This document shows, in pieces, positions 13,601 to 27,175 of a stretch of DNA of 64,000 bases (within the stretch, counting starts at the first letter, position 1; every line of letters begins with the position of its first letter). The stretch comes from Octopus bimaculoides (Eukaryota), in NCBI RefSeq assembly GCF_001194135.2, contig NC_068982.1, forward strand, positions 105,516,342 to 105,580,341. The letters run 5' to 3'. A program made the position numbers and the translations under genes. A model generated the notes under the pieces. It ran no database searches. It was given only the letters and a program-made list of their open reading frames with translations, and was not told the origin of the DNA.

Positions 13601-13972
13601 TGAAGCATAAAATTAAAATTGGTTTATAGACTGTAGGAGTCTCATTTTAGGTGGCATAGAAATAACATATCATTGTTGTTTCAAATTATTTTTATATGAA
13701 ATAGTCTTGAATTTGTATTTACTATACAGAGTTCAAATCCTGCAGTCAAAGTACTTTTGTTAATTAGGATTAATAAACTTTTATATAAAAGGGTCATTTC
13801 CAAGATTGATAATTTTTCTTTTCTACTCTATGTAAAGAAAATCTTAGTATAAAACTTAGGATAAAGACCTAGGCAAATTTAAAATTACATGTATAAAATA
13901 GTTACCATTTGATAGCTTTTACTTAATGTTTCCTCTTGGATATTTTTAATTTGATATCATCTTTTACTTTAG

Positions 13973-14020
13973 GGTGATTTAAGAAATGAAATGTGTGGCT
14001 TTGATATCACAAATAAAGAG
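13973..14020 (+). CDS. TspanC8 tetraspanin exon
   Basis: tttactttag|GGT acceptor and GAG|gtaagt donor; 48 nt, GDLRNEMCGFDITNKE (matches INTxCG of TspanC8); phase 0-0. Confidence 0.9.
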
Positions 14021-16882
14021 GTAAGTAAAAGTTTCTTCTCTTTTTATGTAAATATATTTGAAATAGTTCATGTATGTTTAAGCCTAGGCTTATGTTTTTT
14101 TTTTTTATATATATATAAGTAAGTTCTTATATTCATGTAAGTGTATGTACATGTGGTAATGTGCACACTTGAACATGAGTTAAGATTGATATACCTGCGT
14201 ATAAGATAATTCCACAATACATGGGCAGGAGAAACATCATAGCCAAGACCATAAACATTGGTGGTGACATGGGCCTTTGTCTCTCAATTACCTCTGTTTC
14301 TATAAAGGTATAAACAGGTCATGAGCCTAGAGGTGCCCAATAATAGCGAGTGATCAAGTGGAGTCTGCATGGATTTCTAGATATTGATGGCTCCCAAAGA
14401 GCAAAACTTATTCTAGGAGTTATAGTCATAATAGAAGCAGTGAAGTACTGGAAGAAAGCTCCTTTTCTATATATATGGGAAACTGAACATATGAACCTGT
14501 TGTAAAAAGTGAAGAGTAGAAGTATATCGCTGTAGACAATCATGGCTGCAACAGCAACAGCACTATCAGTTGAAACTTCTAGGATTGCCAAGGAAGAAAT
14601 AAACATAATTGCTTCATCGTCATTGCTTCTAGTACTGGAGGTCAAAATCATTGAGGTAAGTGAGAAGATGAAAGGTCTCTTTCACCGTCACAGACTGGAA
14701 TTTCAGCCCATCATGTTATGGAATAAAGAGAAGATGAAGTCTGGAGAAAATTCCTGCAGAAACCACCCTAAAGTCAAGCAAGGATGCTGGGAGCTCTAAA
14801 AAAAAATTTTTTTTAATCCTGCTAGGAGGAAGTTTATCATTTAAGTATATATGCGCATGTCTAGACATGCAACTATATGCATGAGAGTTTATACATAAAA
14901 CAGGCATACAAATCTGCACAAATACATACATACATACATACATGTAAAAATACCTTGTTGATGCTGAAATTCCAATGAAGGAGCCTTGGATCTAGGTTAG
15001 AAATTGGTTCTTTCTCTATTGGCAAGAAATCTTAATAAATAAACTNNNNNNNNNNTACATGTAAAAATACCTTGTTGATGCTGAAATTCCAATGAAGGAG
15101 CCTTGGATCTAGGTTAGAAATTGGTTCTTTCTCTATTGGCAAGAAATCTTAATAAATAAACTGAATAATGACATACATACATACATACATACATACATAA
15201 ATACATACATACATACATACGAATATACATATATAAATACATACATACTCACACACATAGATACATAAATACATACATCCATATATACATACACTGACAT
15301 ATATAAAGAATATTTATTAAAAAACATTTTGACTATGTCCATTAGTATTTTAAAAGGAGCTGGTGGTTGTGGTCATATTTATAATGGAGACCAATATTGA
15401 AACTAAAGATGAAATGCTGTCTGACATTTTGAATGATGAAATTGCACAGTGGAAATATTACAATGTGAAAGTGTATATATGGTATAGTGAATATATGGCT
15501 CTGATCTTCCTATTGCCAGAACATTGTATGAGATGAATAATTGAAAAATAAATATTTTATTTATGAGTATGTCATTATTTTATGAATCAATAACATTAGC
15601 AATGCCAGATCAATAATGTCCATTATACATGAATGCCATCATAACAGTTTATTTATTTATTTATTTATCTATTTATTTATTTATTTATTTATTTATTTGT
15701 GTATGTATTTTAAGATGTGACAGCCCCTCGTTTTGAATTTTCCATTAAATTTATTTTTGTATGTGCTATCAGATGAAAGAATACATCAAAATAATTGTTT
15801 GGAAACAGGTTTAAAAGTGCTAAACATTTTTCCATCACACACCGAATATTTTCTTTTCACATTTTTTCCAGCTTTTTGCCAAACGCATTCCTCCATTCTT
15901 ATGTATTAACTTAAACAGGTTGATATTTGTCCATAAAATGTAATCATATCAAATGCTGAAAAAATTTACTTATCAAATAGGTTTTAACCAAAAAGAGATT
16001 TGCTTCAACTTGTTTACTATTTATAACATGTTTGTGTTAATCATAATACATATTTTTTTGTCTTTTATTGTTGTATATTAGATTTATTATCATTTCTCAT
16101 AGAGAAAGTGGTCTACAGATCAGTAGAGGACCATAGAAAGGTAACAAGAGCAATAAACAAAAAATATACACTTTCCTTTCGGTTCATGACTTTGACCTCT
16201 TCTTTACAATCAAAAGATAATAGGAAAGTCTAAAACTCAAACACCTAGTGCCAGACAAAATTACAAACATCTAAGACCTCTAGACCCTGAAGCACTCACT
16301 GAAGCAATCACTAAAGCAATCTAAAAGCTTGGCAAGATTATAATAATTCTAGACCCAAGTAAAAACCTTCATAAAGTGATTTTATTGAGACCTAAAGGTT
16401 CATTCCTGACATGACATTTCTTCTAGATCTTTACATCTTGAATTAAAATTCTGTTGAGGTTGAGTATACCTTTAACGCTATTGAAGTTGATAAAATGAGT
16501 ACCAGTCAAGTACTGGGGTTGATGCAATTGACTTGTCCCTACCCTCAAAAATGTCCTGGCCTTGTGCCAACATTAGAAAGAATTAATTTTTTATGGCTTA
16601 AAATGAAGCATCACATATATAAATGGTTATCATTATTGTTTAAATTTAAAAGACAGCAAACTGGCAGAATTGTTAGTACACCAGGTGAAATACTTAGTGG
16701 GATTTCATCCAACTTTATGTTCTGAGTTCAAATTCCACTGGGATCGACTTTGCCTTTTATCCTTTCAGGATCGATAAAATAAGTACCAGTTAGGTAGTTG
16801 GGGTTAATGTTATTGAGATACCTCTCTCCCAAAATTACTGGTCTTGTACCAAAATTTGAAACCATTATTATTTAAATTTCAG

Positions 16883-16999
16883 AGACATGCAGTTAATCAT
16901 CGAATCTACACTCAAGGCTGTCTTAAAGGCTTTCGGAACTGGTTTCATAAGAATGAGATCCTCATCACCATTCTAGCAGCTTTGTTTATTGCCCCACAG
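16883..16999 (+). CDS. TspanC8 tetraspanin exon (end of EC2, start of TM4)
   Basis: atttcag|AGA acceptor and CAG|gtaagt donor; 117 nt, RHAVNHRIYTQGCLKGFRNWFHKNEILITILAALFIAPQ (IYTxGC motif). Confidence 0.93.
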
Positions 17000-18004
17000 G
17001 TAAGTACACTCATATATATTTTCATTACGTTGCAACATTTCCAGTTTAGACCCAATAGTTTATATGTTACTTTAAATAAAACCAACCTAGGAGAGTTACT
17101 CCCATGTTTGTGCTTTTTTTTCATGCATTTTTGTGGTTAGTGCCACAGTTTCCCACTTGCCAATTTTATTAACAACTGTTTTGAAATGTTAGTGTTTTTG
17201 TTCAGACATCATTCTGCTTTTCCTAAAATCAGTATCCTTAAAACAAAAGTCTCCCAATATCTGAAACAGTTTAAATGATTATAGTGGAATTGCATAATTA
17301 TTTCAACATCAGAAAATTCCTTGAAATATTTTCTTATAGCCCTTTACAGTTTGAGTTCAAACTCTGCTGAGGTTGTTGCGATTGATTTAATCAACTATAC
17401 ATTTCTCCAAATCAGTGATCTTACACTTATACTAAAAGTCAGTGACTATAATTTATTGAACTATTAGCCTCATCTTTATAAAATATAAACTTATCAATAT
17501 TTATATCTGCACTATCTTTTTATAATTTGCTCTTCAGTCAATGATGTTGGTTTATAGATTTTCTAATAAGTATAAAATTGGCTTGAGCTTTGCTCATTTT
17601 TAGGGTCAGAGAAATTAGAGTCTGCTAAACTAAACTCCTTTATGGTTCAAACCAGTGGTCTGTGGCTACTCTGGGTCACTGCTACAATAATAACTTCATT
17701 ATAAGTCTTTTTTTCCTTTCACATTAGTAATTGACAAAGCCAATGCTCATCTCTTGTTTCTGTTGTACTGACTAGAAGAAAGACAATTCTCAAAGGGGAA
17801 AATTAAACTTAACCACAGCAAACCAACAATCACACAGTATTGTGTGGTAAGATGTTTGCTTCCCAGCCATATTGCTTTGGGTTCAGTTCTATTGTGTGGC
17901 CTAAGATACCACACAGTGTCTTCTACTATTGCCTAAGATTGGCCCAGGCATTGTGAGTAGATTTGGGAGGCAGAAACTGAAAGAAGTCTAGTGTGTGTGT
18001 GTGT

Positions 18005-18042
<38 letters not shown>

Positions 18043-18049
18043 ATATATG

Positions 18050-18385
18050 TCATCATCATCATCCTTATTTAACGTCTGTAGTCCATGCTAGCATGGGTTT
18101 GATGGTTTAACAATGGCTGGTAAGCTGAAGGGCCGCATCAGACTTCAGTCTGATTTGACATGGTTTCTAGAGCTGGATGCTCTTCCTAACACCAACCACT
18201 CTGAGAGTGTAAAGAGTGCTTTTACGTGCCAGTTGCATGACACAAGTATCTGCCATGACTACAATTTCACTTGGCTTGATGGGTCTTTTACTCAAGCACA
18301 GCATATTGCCAAAGGTCTTGGTCATTTGTCATTGCCTGTATGGGGCTCAAAATTCAAAAGGTGCTTTTTACGTGCCACACACATG
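18050..18385 (-). mobile_element. RTE 3'-end / RTE-tailed SINE with (GAT)n tail
   Basis: Family consensus catcatcatcgtttaacgtccgc...ctacagctggatgcccttcctaacgccaaccac; copies near 19290, 29670, 30720, 32115, 39920, 47265, 56665, 58490, 63345. Confidence 0.8.
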
Positions 18386-18813
18386 TGTATGTGTGTGTGT
18401 GTGTGTGTGCGTGTGTGTGTGTGTATTGCTGTTTTGTTACTTTGATTCGGTGTGATTGTTGTAAACAAGTGTCACTGTCATGCAAGTGGTGTCCTTTGTT
18501 TCCAATCTTTAGTGTAAACATATCTGCTCATCGGGAAACATTACCTTATTTGCAAACAGGTGAGTGTTGGTGACAAAAAGGACAACGGCCTGCAGAAAAA
18601 TTTGCTTCAACAAATTCCATGTGAACCATGTGAGGATGGAAAAGTGGATATTGATGATGATGATGATGATGACACTAATTCAGCAGTAAATTATATCACC
18701 TTGTGGTGGCTACTTCAGGGGTGCAAACAAACCAACATCTGTTGTTGAGCATTGGAGAAGGATCAAACACAAAGACAAGAAAAGACACATGTGTGTGCGC
18801 ACGCACACACACA

Positions 18814-18889
<76 letters not shown>

Positions 18890-19674
18890 CCATTTACAAG
18901 ATCCACTCACAAGGCATTGGTCTGCAGTAGAAAATACTTGCTCAAAGTGTCGTGCAGTGGAACTGAACCTGAAGTTACATGCCTGCCCCAACATGGCCAT
19001 GTTCCAGAAATTTGCCATCTTATCTTTCTAGTCAGTTACACTTCTGACATGTATGTAATCTAAAGAGATGCATGGATTATTATATGTTTATATGGATGTG
19101 TTGTTTCTGAACCAACACTTGTGAATACACCAAACCTATGTTTTATCATATATATGCAAACCTCTCACTGTTTTCAAATTACTATTTTCTAACATAGTTC
19201 ATTTACTATTCAGCTGCTCAATGCTATCAGCCATCTTCTACTCCCCTCTTCTCAATATACCCACCCTCGCTTCTAAAATGTAGTAGTCATGGAGCTCCCC
19301 TACTGCCAGAAACCTGTTTTACTCTGGCTCCTTCTCTTATACTGTTACCCATCTTTTGCCACTCTTCTCCAAGGATAAAGTTGCCTCCTTGGAGTTCATA
19401 GTCTTGCAGACCATATGATGGCCTCACTAGTGCTGGTACAGGTTGTAAGCACCCAATACGGTCTGTAAAGTGGTTGGCTTTAGGAAGGGCATCTGGCCAT
19501 AAAAACCATGCCAAAACAGACACTGAAGCATGAAGCATTTCTTCGGCCCACTGGATCTGTCAAACTATCCAACCATACCGATATGAAACATGAATGTTAA
19601 TAATGATAATAATGATTTAAGATTGATTTGGAATTATAAAACTTGTATTTTTAATACCTGCATACATACATACA

Positions 19675-19708
<34 letters not shown>

Positions 19709-19709
19709 C

Positions 19710-19745
<36 letters not shown>

Positions 19746-19820
19746 NNNNNNNNNNNNNNNNNNNNNNNNNNNNNNNNNNNNNNNNNNNNNNNNNNNNNNN
19801 NNNNNNNNNNNNNNNNNNNN

Positions 19821-19885
<65 letters not shown>

Positions 19886-19990
19886 ATATACATATATATA
19901 TATGTGTATGTATGTATAACAATTTTTCATTAACAACAGTTTCTCCAGATTCTAAAATCCATTAAAATCTCACAATTTTTTTCTTTGCAG

Positions 19991-20074
19991 ATGGCCATTG
20001 TTTTATTAGCAAGAACTCAAGTCAAATTCATGAGATATAAGATATCAACAGTTAAACCACCTGCACAGCTTTGA
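19991..20074 (+). CDS. TspanC8 tetraspanin last coding exon
   Basis: ttctttgcag|ATG acceptor; MAIVLLARTQVKFMRYKISTVKPPAQL then TGA; completes TM4 and a short tail; AATAAA near 20224. Confidence 0.85.
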   Translation: MAIVLLARTQVKFMRYKISTVKPPAQL

Positions 20075-20641
20075 TATACGCTTGAAAAACAAAATAACTA
20101 GTAACAAATTAAAAAGCAAGTGATATTATGAGGGCACTAACACTGAAATCCAATATGCACGTTCTGTGTGAAGACAATAAGAAAGGGGAATATTTAGGAA
20201 CAGGGATATTTATTAAAGTAAATAATAAAAAGCAGCAAAACATTTTCTGTCACCAAGTAATTAATATTAATTACAAATCTTCCAAAAATTTTGTTTGAAA
20301 TTGGTGTTCATTTTTCCATTTACTGTAACAACTAATTCTAAAAACCTTACAGAGAGAAGAAGGAAAACTGAAGTCAATACTTGAATTTATTTCAAAGTGA
20401 TGTATAATTTATTTTAAAAACAAATATGTGATATTGTCTAGGGAGAATGTAATGGGAAAATTGTGAATGATTTTATCAATAATATAATATAATATAATAT
20501 AATATAATATAATATAATATAATATAATATAATATATATAATATAATATGATATAATATAATAGGTTCTACACACATATTGAGTCCTTTATCCAGACAAT
20601 GTTTGTGGTTTTTATGTATCTAAAAACACTTATCTTTAAAT

Positions 20642-20683
<42 letters not shown>

Positions 20684-21879
20684 GTGCGTGCGCGCGTGTG
20701 TGTGTACTTGTGCAAATAGAGTAAGACCGAAATGAGAATTTTTGCTGGGCTTTTCCTTGAATTAATGGTTTTTAATTGGCATTGCAAATAGAATTCTTTT
20801 TATGAATTTTAAATATTTTATGAAGATTTACTATCAATAATGGGAATTTTAATGTTTCTAGAGACAAATTATTGCTAGTAGCTAGATACTCAATGAATAA
20901 CTTCAGACAGTGATCTAAAAAGTATATTTAATACATTTATTTATTTATTTTGTATTTCTATCTAAAATGTCACACTTATTTCAGCAGTCTAGAATTTAAG
21001 TTTCCATTTCTATCCAGTTATTCTCCATTATCACTAATGATGGATAACAAGTTCCAATTGTTAATGTTAAATAAATGCTTAAAGTTTAAACACAATTCCT
21101 ACTCCAAAGCATAATATAAGAAGTTTACCAATGACAATAAATAGTAGCTATAGTTGAGAGAAAAAAAAAATTTAATCAAATTGTGCAAAAACAAAAAAAA
21201 AAGTGAATTAAACATTCCCATAATATATGATAATAGTAAAAAATAATTCATTCTGATATATGCTTTGCCATATTTGAGTCTTTCATAGATTACTAATTAA
21301 AAAATCATTTTAGGGATTTAAATGATTTTATTCTATCAAGGTTACAGTGTTATAATTACAGTTTTAGCATCAAAGGCTGTGTTTGTTGCTAGTCTATGGG
21401 CTTACTAGCTTCATATGGTGCTTAATGTAATGATCTACTCCATGTTGTAAAAAAATGCAACTGGACTTTATTTTCTTTAGTTAGTTTCAAGCTTCAATGA
21501 AACTAACTTATATTTAACGGGATGCTTCACAGACAGGTGCAAGATATGGTTATATCTTTCTGAGTCGTATCTTTTTTCAAGAATTTTAAATATAACTTTA
21601 GTCAACAATATCGTATACAAGTGGAATATATGCATATACACAAACACAGGAATTTATACAGAATTTTACCTATGCTTGTTTTTTTTTTAAAAAAGGCATG
21701 CATTTTTTTATTTATATATATATATATATATATATGTCCATACACATTATGGTTTGATAACTTTGGTCAGGAAGTGCTAGCATAGCTGGGCAGGTCATCT
21801 CAAGTATTGCACGTCACCAATCCTCTTTTGTCATCTCTTCCATGAGGCTTCACTTCATGAGATCAGCCTTCTTACACCG

Positions 21880-21973
<94 letters not shown>

Positions 21974-22899
21974 GCACGCACACACACACACACACTCACA
22001 CACATGTTGCCTGCATGTTCATACATAATTGAATTTTTCAGTATTGCATATAAAGTTTCATCAGTTAGTTGAAAACCAGTAACATCATTGTCTCTAGAAA
22101 GTTTCACTGGCTTTCTATGACTACATTGATCACCTTAACTTAACTAAACCCAAATAGAATCATTATGTTAAAGTGTTATGTTTTATAGTTTGTGTTGGCC
22201 TTGTTGAGTTTTGTTACTAGTCATGGGTGCCAATGAAACATTTTAGTAAATCAAATGACAGGACCATATTATCTTACTAGTATTTATTTTACCAATCCTT
22301 ACAAATGAAAAACAAAAAATTTAGACATCAGCAATGTTAGATGCTAAACTTAACTTTAAAATATTGGTCAAGAAATTATATACAAATAAAGACTTAGGTC
22401 AGGTTTTTTAGTCAGTATTCTGCTAGTCAGTCTTTTGGAAAAGATACTAAAATACAAACATTCCAATATTCAATAATCCAACCACTCTTTATACAAAATC
22501 TACAACAAATTAATATAACTTACAAAAGAAGTGGCTTTAGGAGGACATAAACCGATAACAATTGTCAAGTGGAGAGAGACAAACACAAACACAAAGCTGC
22601 ATGCACATATATACATACATACATACATACATTCATACATACATACATACATACAATCACACATACATACATACATACATACATACATACATACATACAT
22701 ACATACATACATACACATGCACAAACATGTATGCCTTATAATTTTATGTAAAAGTTAGGTTCCAAGCAGCAACTTCATAATAAAATAAGCAGAATATTTT
22801 GTAGAAATGCAATCATAAAAGGAGTTAAGGAGCTAAATGTTAGAACAACCATCTCATACTGTAGTCTTAGCAACCAAATATTTAATGAGTTCACATTAA

Positions 22900-24775
22900 A
22901 ACATGCTCAAACTGGCTTGAATTTTACGATTCTGAAGATGTCAGTACTGCACTTCAGAACATCTTCAATTCAGTTTGGACCACAAGGGATGCATCAGTAT
23001 CATGCAAATGCTTTAAAAATCTCAAAAGTGCAATTTAGGAAACTGATGCAGTTCAACTTGCCAGGAAAGAATGTCATGATGCTGAACAGGAACATAGACT
23101 ACATAGAAGAGGGAATAGAAAAAGACGCAACAGATCATCTAACCATCTCAAGTAGGTGACAAAAATAGGCATTGCTTGAACTTGAACAATATATAACAAC
23201 CAACCCTGACAGCAATGTGTTCTGGAAACATGTACATCTGAAGCAAAAACCTCACACTCCAGTTGGCTTTCTTTGCAATCCCCACACAGGTCAAATTACT
23301 AATGATCCCAAAGAATGTGCAGAACTTATTGCTGAAAACTATGCTGGCATTTTAACTGTTGAAAATCCAAATGTACCATCACCACCTCTGATATCAAATT
23401 CTATAACAACTGTGAAATTTACACCTGCAATGCTGCTATGTCACCTTAAGAATAAGCGCAACTATGCCTCTCATGGTCTTAATGGGGTTACTTATCTGCT
23501 TCTCAAATGCAGTGGGTTCTTTCTTTTGCACCAGTTTTCATTCTCTTTCCAATTCTGCTTTCATGACTGTATCTTCAGAACAGTGGACAATTGCCAGCTT
23601 CATTACCCTATTCAAAAAGGGTGATCACACATCACCTGTCAACTACTGTCCAGTCAGTCTTATTAGCTGCATCACTGAACTGATGGAGTTTTGTATCAGA
23701 GAAACTGGTTGAAGTCTTTCATTCTTGGTCAAAAAGAGGTAGTCACAGTTCTAGGACATCATTCTTCACCTTAAGAAACAACATCTGGTGTACCACAGGG
23801 ATCCGTTTGGACCTTTATTGTTTGTTGCATATATTAATGACATAGATACCAACTTGAAGAATGTTACAGTGTTGAAATATGCAGATGATATCAAGCTGTA
23901 CCTTGGGAGAAAAAGAACAAACCCTATATGCTATAATCTTTCCTACAAACAAACTTGGACACAAGCAACAATGGATTACTAACTTGCAACTCAAGCTGGC
24001 AATGGACAAGTGTATCACCATGCATTTTGGGAGGAAAAATCCAGCTTTTACAAATTACCAATCTTAAGAAGTTTCTTAGTGAACATGACTGGGATATTAT
24101 TGGCAACAGTGATTTGCATTGGACAAACTACATCTCTAAAATTGTCAAAACTGCTGAGGGTGTTTTAGCATCACTCAGGCCTTTATATGAATCTAGTATA
24201 TACACATATAGAGTTTGCATCACCAGTCTGAAACACTTATTTCACTCAGCATATCAATCTTTTGGAAGCTGTTCAGAAACATGCAACCAGACGAGAACTC
24301 ACCATCAGGCATCTACCATAATCTGAATGTCTTGCTTCTCTGGGCAGCCTAGATACATTAAAACTCTAATGTCTGGCAACTGACTTCGCAGACACTCACA
24401 AGATTATCCATCATCTTTCCAACAACAACCTTGAGCACCTTGAATTCCATAATACAACTAACACTCAAGGACCATGCTTACAAAATCAAGAAACGACAAG
24501 GCACTCATGACTTTCAGAAACATTTTTTCATGTTCAGAATTCCTGAAGCATGGAATAAACTACCCGCAGCTGTTGTCATCTGTTGGGACACTACATCTTT
24601 CAAAACTTCCAAGATTCCTGAAATTCACCAACAGTACACTTGATATTCCCTGCCTATTTTCTTTTAATATTTTACTCACTGTTCACTTCCTGTGCACATC
24701 TTATGTACTGTTTTTGCAGTTCTGGCTGATTTTTCTGATGAGTTGTAGTGCACCTGACCTCTGTATAAAATAAGT
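22900..24775 (+). mobile_element. CR1-clade LINE, decayed, RT through 3' UTR
   Basis: LFKKGDHTSPVNYCPVSLISC, GVPQGS, KYADDIKLY, DKCITMHFGRKN and FRIPEAWNKLP, with frameshifts and stops. Confidence 0.9.
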
Positions 24776-26351
24776 TTATTATATATTACTTGTTGAAACG
24801 TTTTGGATTGCTTCCAAATAATCAACTGACTATTCTGACAGGTTTAGTGTAGTTATTCATCAAATTTATATATAAACTAGACAGTTTTTAAAAGCAATAA
24901 TTTTTGTCAACATCTAGAGAAAGAACCATATCAACAAAAATACTCATAAAAAATATTAATAAAATGTATAATTTTACATACTATAGTAATAATGTATTGC
25001 TAACATTTGTATGAGTCAAAGTAGAGGCTGCATTCTCTCAGATTAGAAAATTTATATATTTCTTTAAGTAAGTATGTATGATAAATATTAATAACAAAAT
25101 ATAATAAAGATATGATAATGCATACCAATTATTGATGAAAGTGAAAAGCAACAAAAGCAATTCTTAATTAAATATATAATCAATCAACAAGCAATAGGCC
25201 TGAGTATTAGTAATAAAAAAATTACACCAGGGAAATATTCTATTAAAACAATGAGACATACACAGGTCGCTCAACAATCAGGAGTGAAATATTTGTTCTG
25301 TATAACATGAAACAATGTACTAATGCTTTGTTTGCATACTACAAGTAATTAATCATTAAAATATTTGGAAATAATTGAAGACAGAGTACATGAAAAAATA
25401 TGAGTTACAAACCTTTTAAAAACTCCTAATAGAGACCAACAAACTTATATGAAATGTAACAAAGTTTAATGAAACATCTAAAAGAAAAAGCACAAACAAA
25501 CACACACATGTACATATACACCTATGTGCATGCACACACATACTCACACATCCATGCAGACAGGCATACAAAATCAAATATATATATCTAGCAACAAATG
25601 ATTACAGATTCTTGATACTGTTTTAGTTCCAACAAAAGAGACTAGTCCCTTTGTTAACTGCTTTTACTCTCTTGTGAATGAAACAGCATATAAATATTAA
25701 GAAGAAGAATTTACTATTGTTGCTGATGACAATGTATTATCCTCAATGATTTAATTCTCTGCCAGCTGGATTGGTGCAAGATGCCCACAACACACACATA
25801 GCCTGCCATTTTCCTGCCATTTATACATCCATCCATACATACTTAAGAAACTAATATATACATATCTGGTGATATTGACTGTGTGCATACATTTCCGTTT
25901 TCTGCACTACTAAATCAACTGTGAAGCTTTCTGTCTAAAAGTTGGTTTCTCTCTTTTCAACATTGCATATATAAACAAAAAGAAATTAAAATAAAACTAA
26001 AAAAAAAAAATTCATTCATAATTCTGTTTACCACTTTACGCACATTAAAGAAGCTAGTAATATTTCTATGCTTAATTAGGCATAAAAAATAGTTTTTACC
26101 ATAAATCAAATATGAGTTGTAAATTATCACAGGAAGATAATTGTCATTGGTTGAGATATGAAGATTGCATTAAAAGATGATCTGTCGAAATAATATTTCT
26201 TTTAAAAATCAAAGATATAAAATATTCTCAAATATATGTTCCAGAATATTTTATTAACATCCCGGGTATTTTTCTTTAACATGATAAGAATGCTCTCAAA
26301 ATGCTGATTTGAAAAATAAAAAATATTAACAACAACAACAACAACAACAAC

Positions 26352-26385
<34 letters not shown>

Positions 26386-26513
26386 GCATCCTGGGTCCTC
26401 AAGAAGTATTGATTTTAACTGATTGAAACGATTCTTTTCAAACGGGGCAAAGTTTACATGTAAACAATGAAAATTTGTAGTAATTTTTAATTGTTATATT
26501 TACAAAAATAAAT

Positions 26514-26636
26514 TCAGTTTTTAGAAGCTTTGCCCAACTGGAGTGATGATGATGATGAGGCAGAACCACTCATCTGGGATTCAGCTTTTGTAGTTGATAT
26601 CTTCAGTTCTTCAGCCTTCATTGACATTTGATAGAC
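26514..26636 (-). CDS. candidate terminal coding exon, truncated by an assembly gap
   Basis: Open frame from the gap edge, VYQMSMKAEELKISTTKAESQMSGSASSSSSLQLGKASKN then TGA; balanced composition followed by AT-rich UTR-like sequence; acceptor hidden in the gap. Confidence 0.35.
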   Translation of the reverse strand, partial: VYQMSMKAEELKISTTKAESQMSGSASSSSSLQLGKASKN

Positions 26637-27017
26637 NNNNNNNNNNNNNNNNNNNNNNNNNNNNNNNNNNNNNNNNNNNNNNNNNNNNNNNNNNNNNNNN
26701 NNNNNNNNNNNNNNNNNNNNNNNNNNNNNNNNNNNNNNNNNNNNNNNNNNNNNNNNNNNNNNNNNNNNNNNNNNNNNNNNNNNNNNNNNNNNNNNNNNNN
26801 NNNNNNNNNNNNNNNNNNNNNNNNNNNNNNNNNNNNNNNNNNNNNNNNNNNNNNNNNNNNNNNNNNNNNNNNNNNNNNNNNNNNNNNNNNNNNNNNNNNN
26901 NNNNNNNNNNNNNNNNNNNNNNNNNNNNNNNNNNNNNNNNNNNNNNNNNNNNNNNNNNNNNNNNNNNNNNNNNNNNNNNNNNNNNNNNNNNNNNNNATAG
27001 GTATTTCATTTCATATC

Positions 27018-27109
27018 GGCGACCTCTGATGAGCGTAGGGTTATATAACCGGATTGTTACCTAGCACTCCATTGTACCCCTAGTGTGAAACCGATTGGTA
27101 AGATCAGCC
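27018..27109 (+). ncRNA. type I hammerhead ribozyme fold (GUA cleavage site), slightly mutated
   Basis: CTGATGA 27026-27032; stem II GCGTAGGG/CCCTAGTGT; GAAA 27087-27090; stem III ACC-GATT-GGT; H17 = A27100; stem I GGCGACCT/AGATCAGCC. Confidence 0.75.
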
Positions 27110-27139
27110 ATGATGAATATATAATACTGTACACTTTGG

Positions 27140-27175
<36 letters not shown>

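Noticed and set aside
14936-15163. ~105-bp direct repeat
   Set aside because: Identical copies on either side of a 10-N gap; scaffolding artefact.
4374-22758. Numerous HT/VC/YI-repeat ORFs
   Set aside because: Translations of (CA)n, (TA)n and (TACA)n microsatellites or N-gaps.
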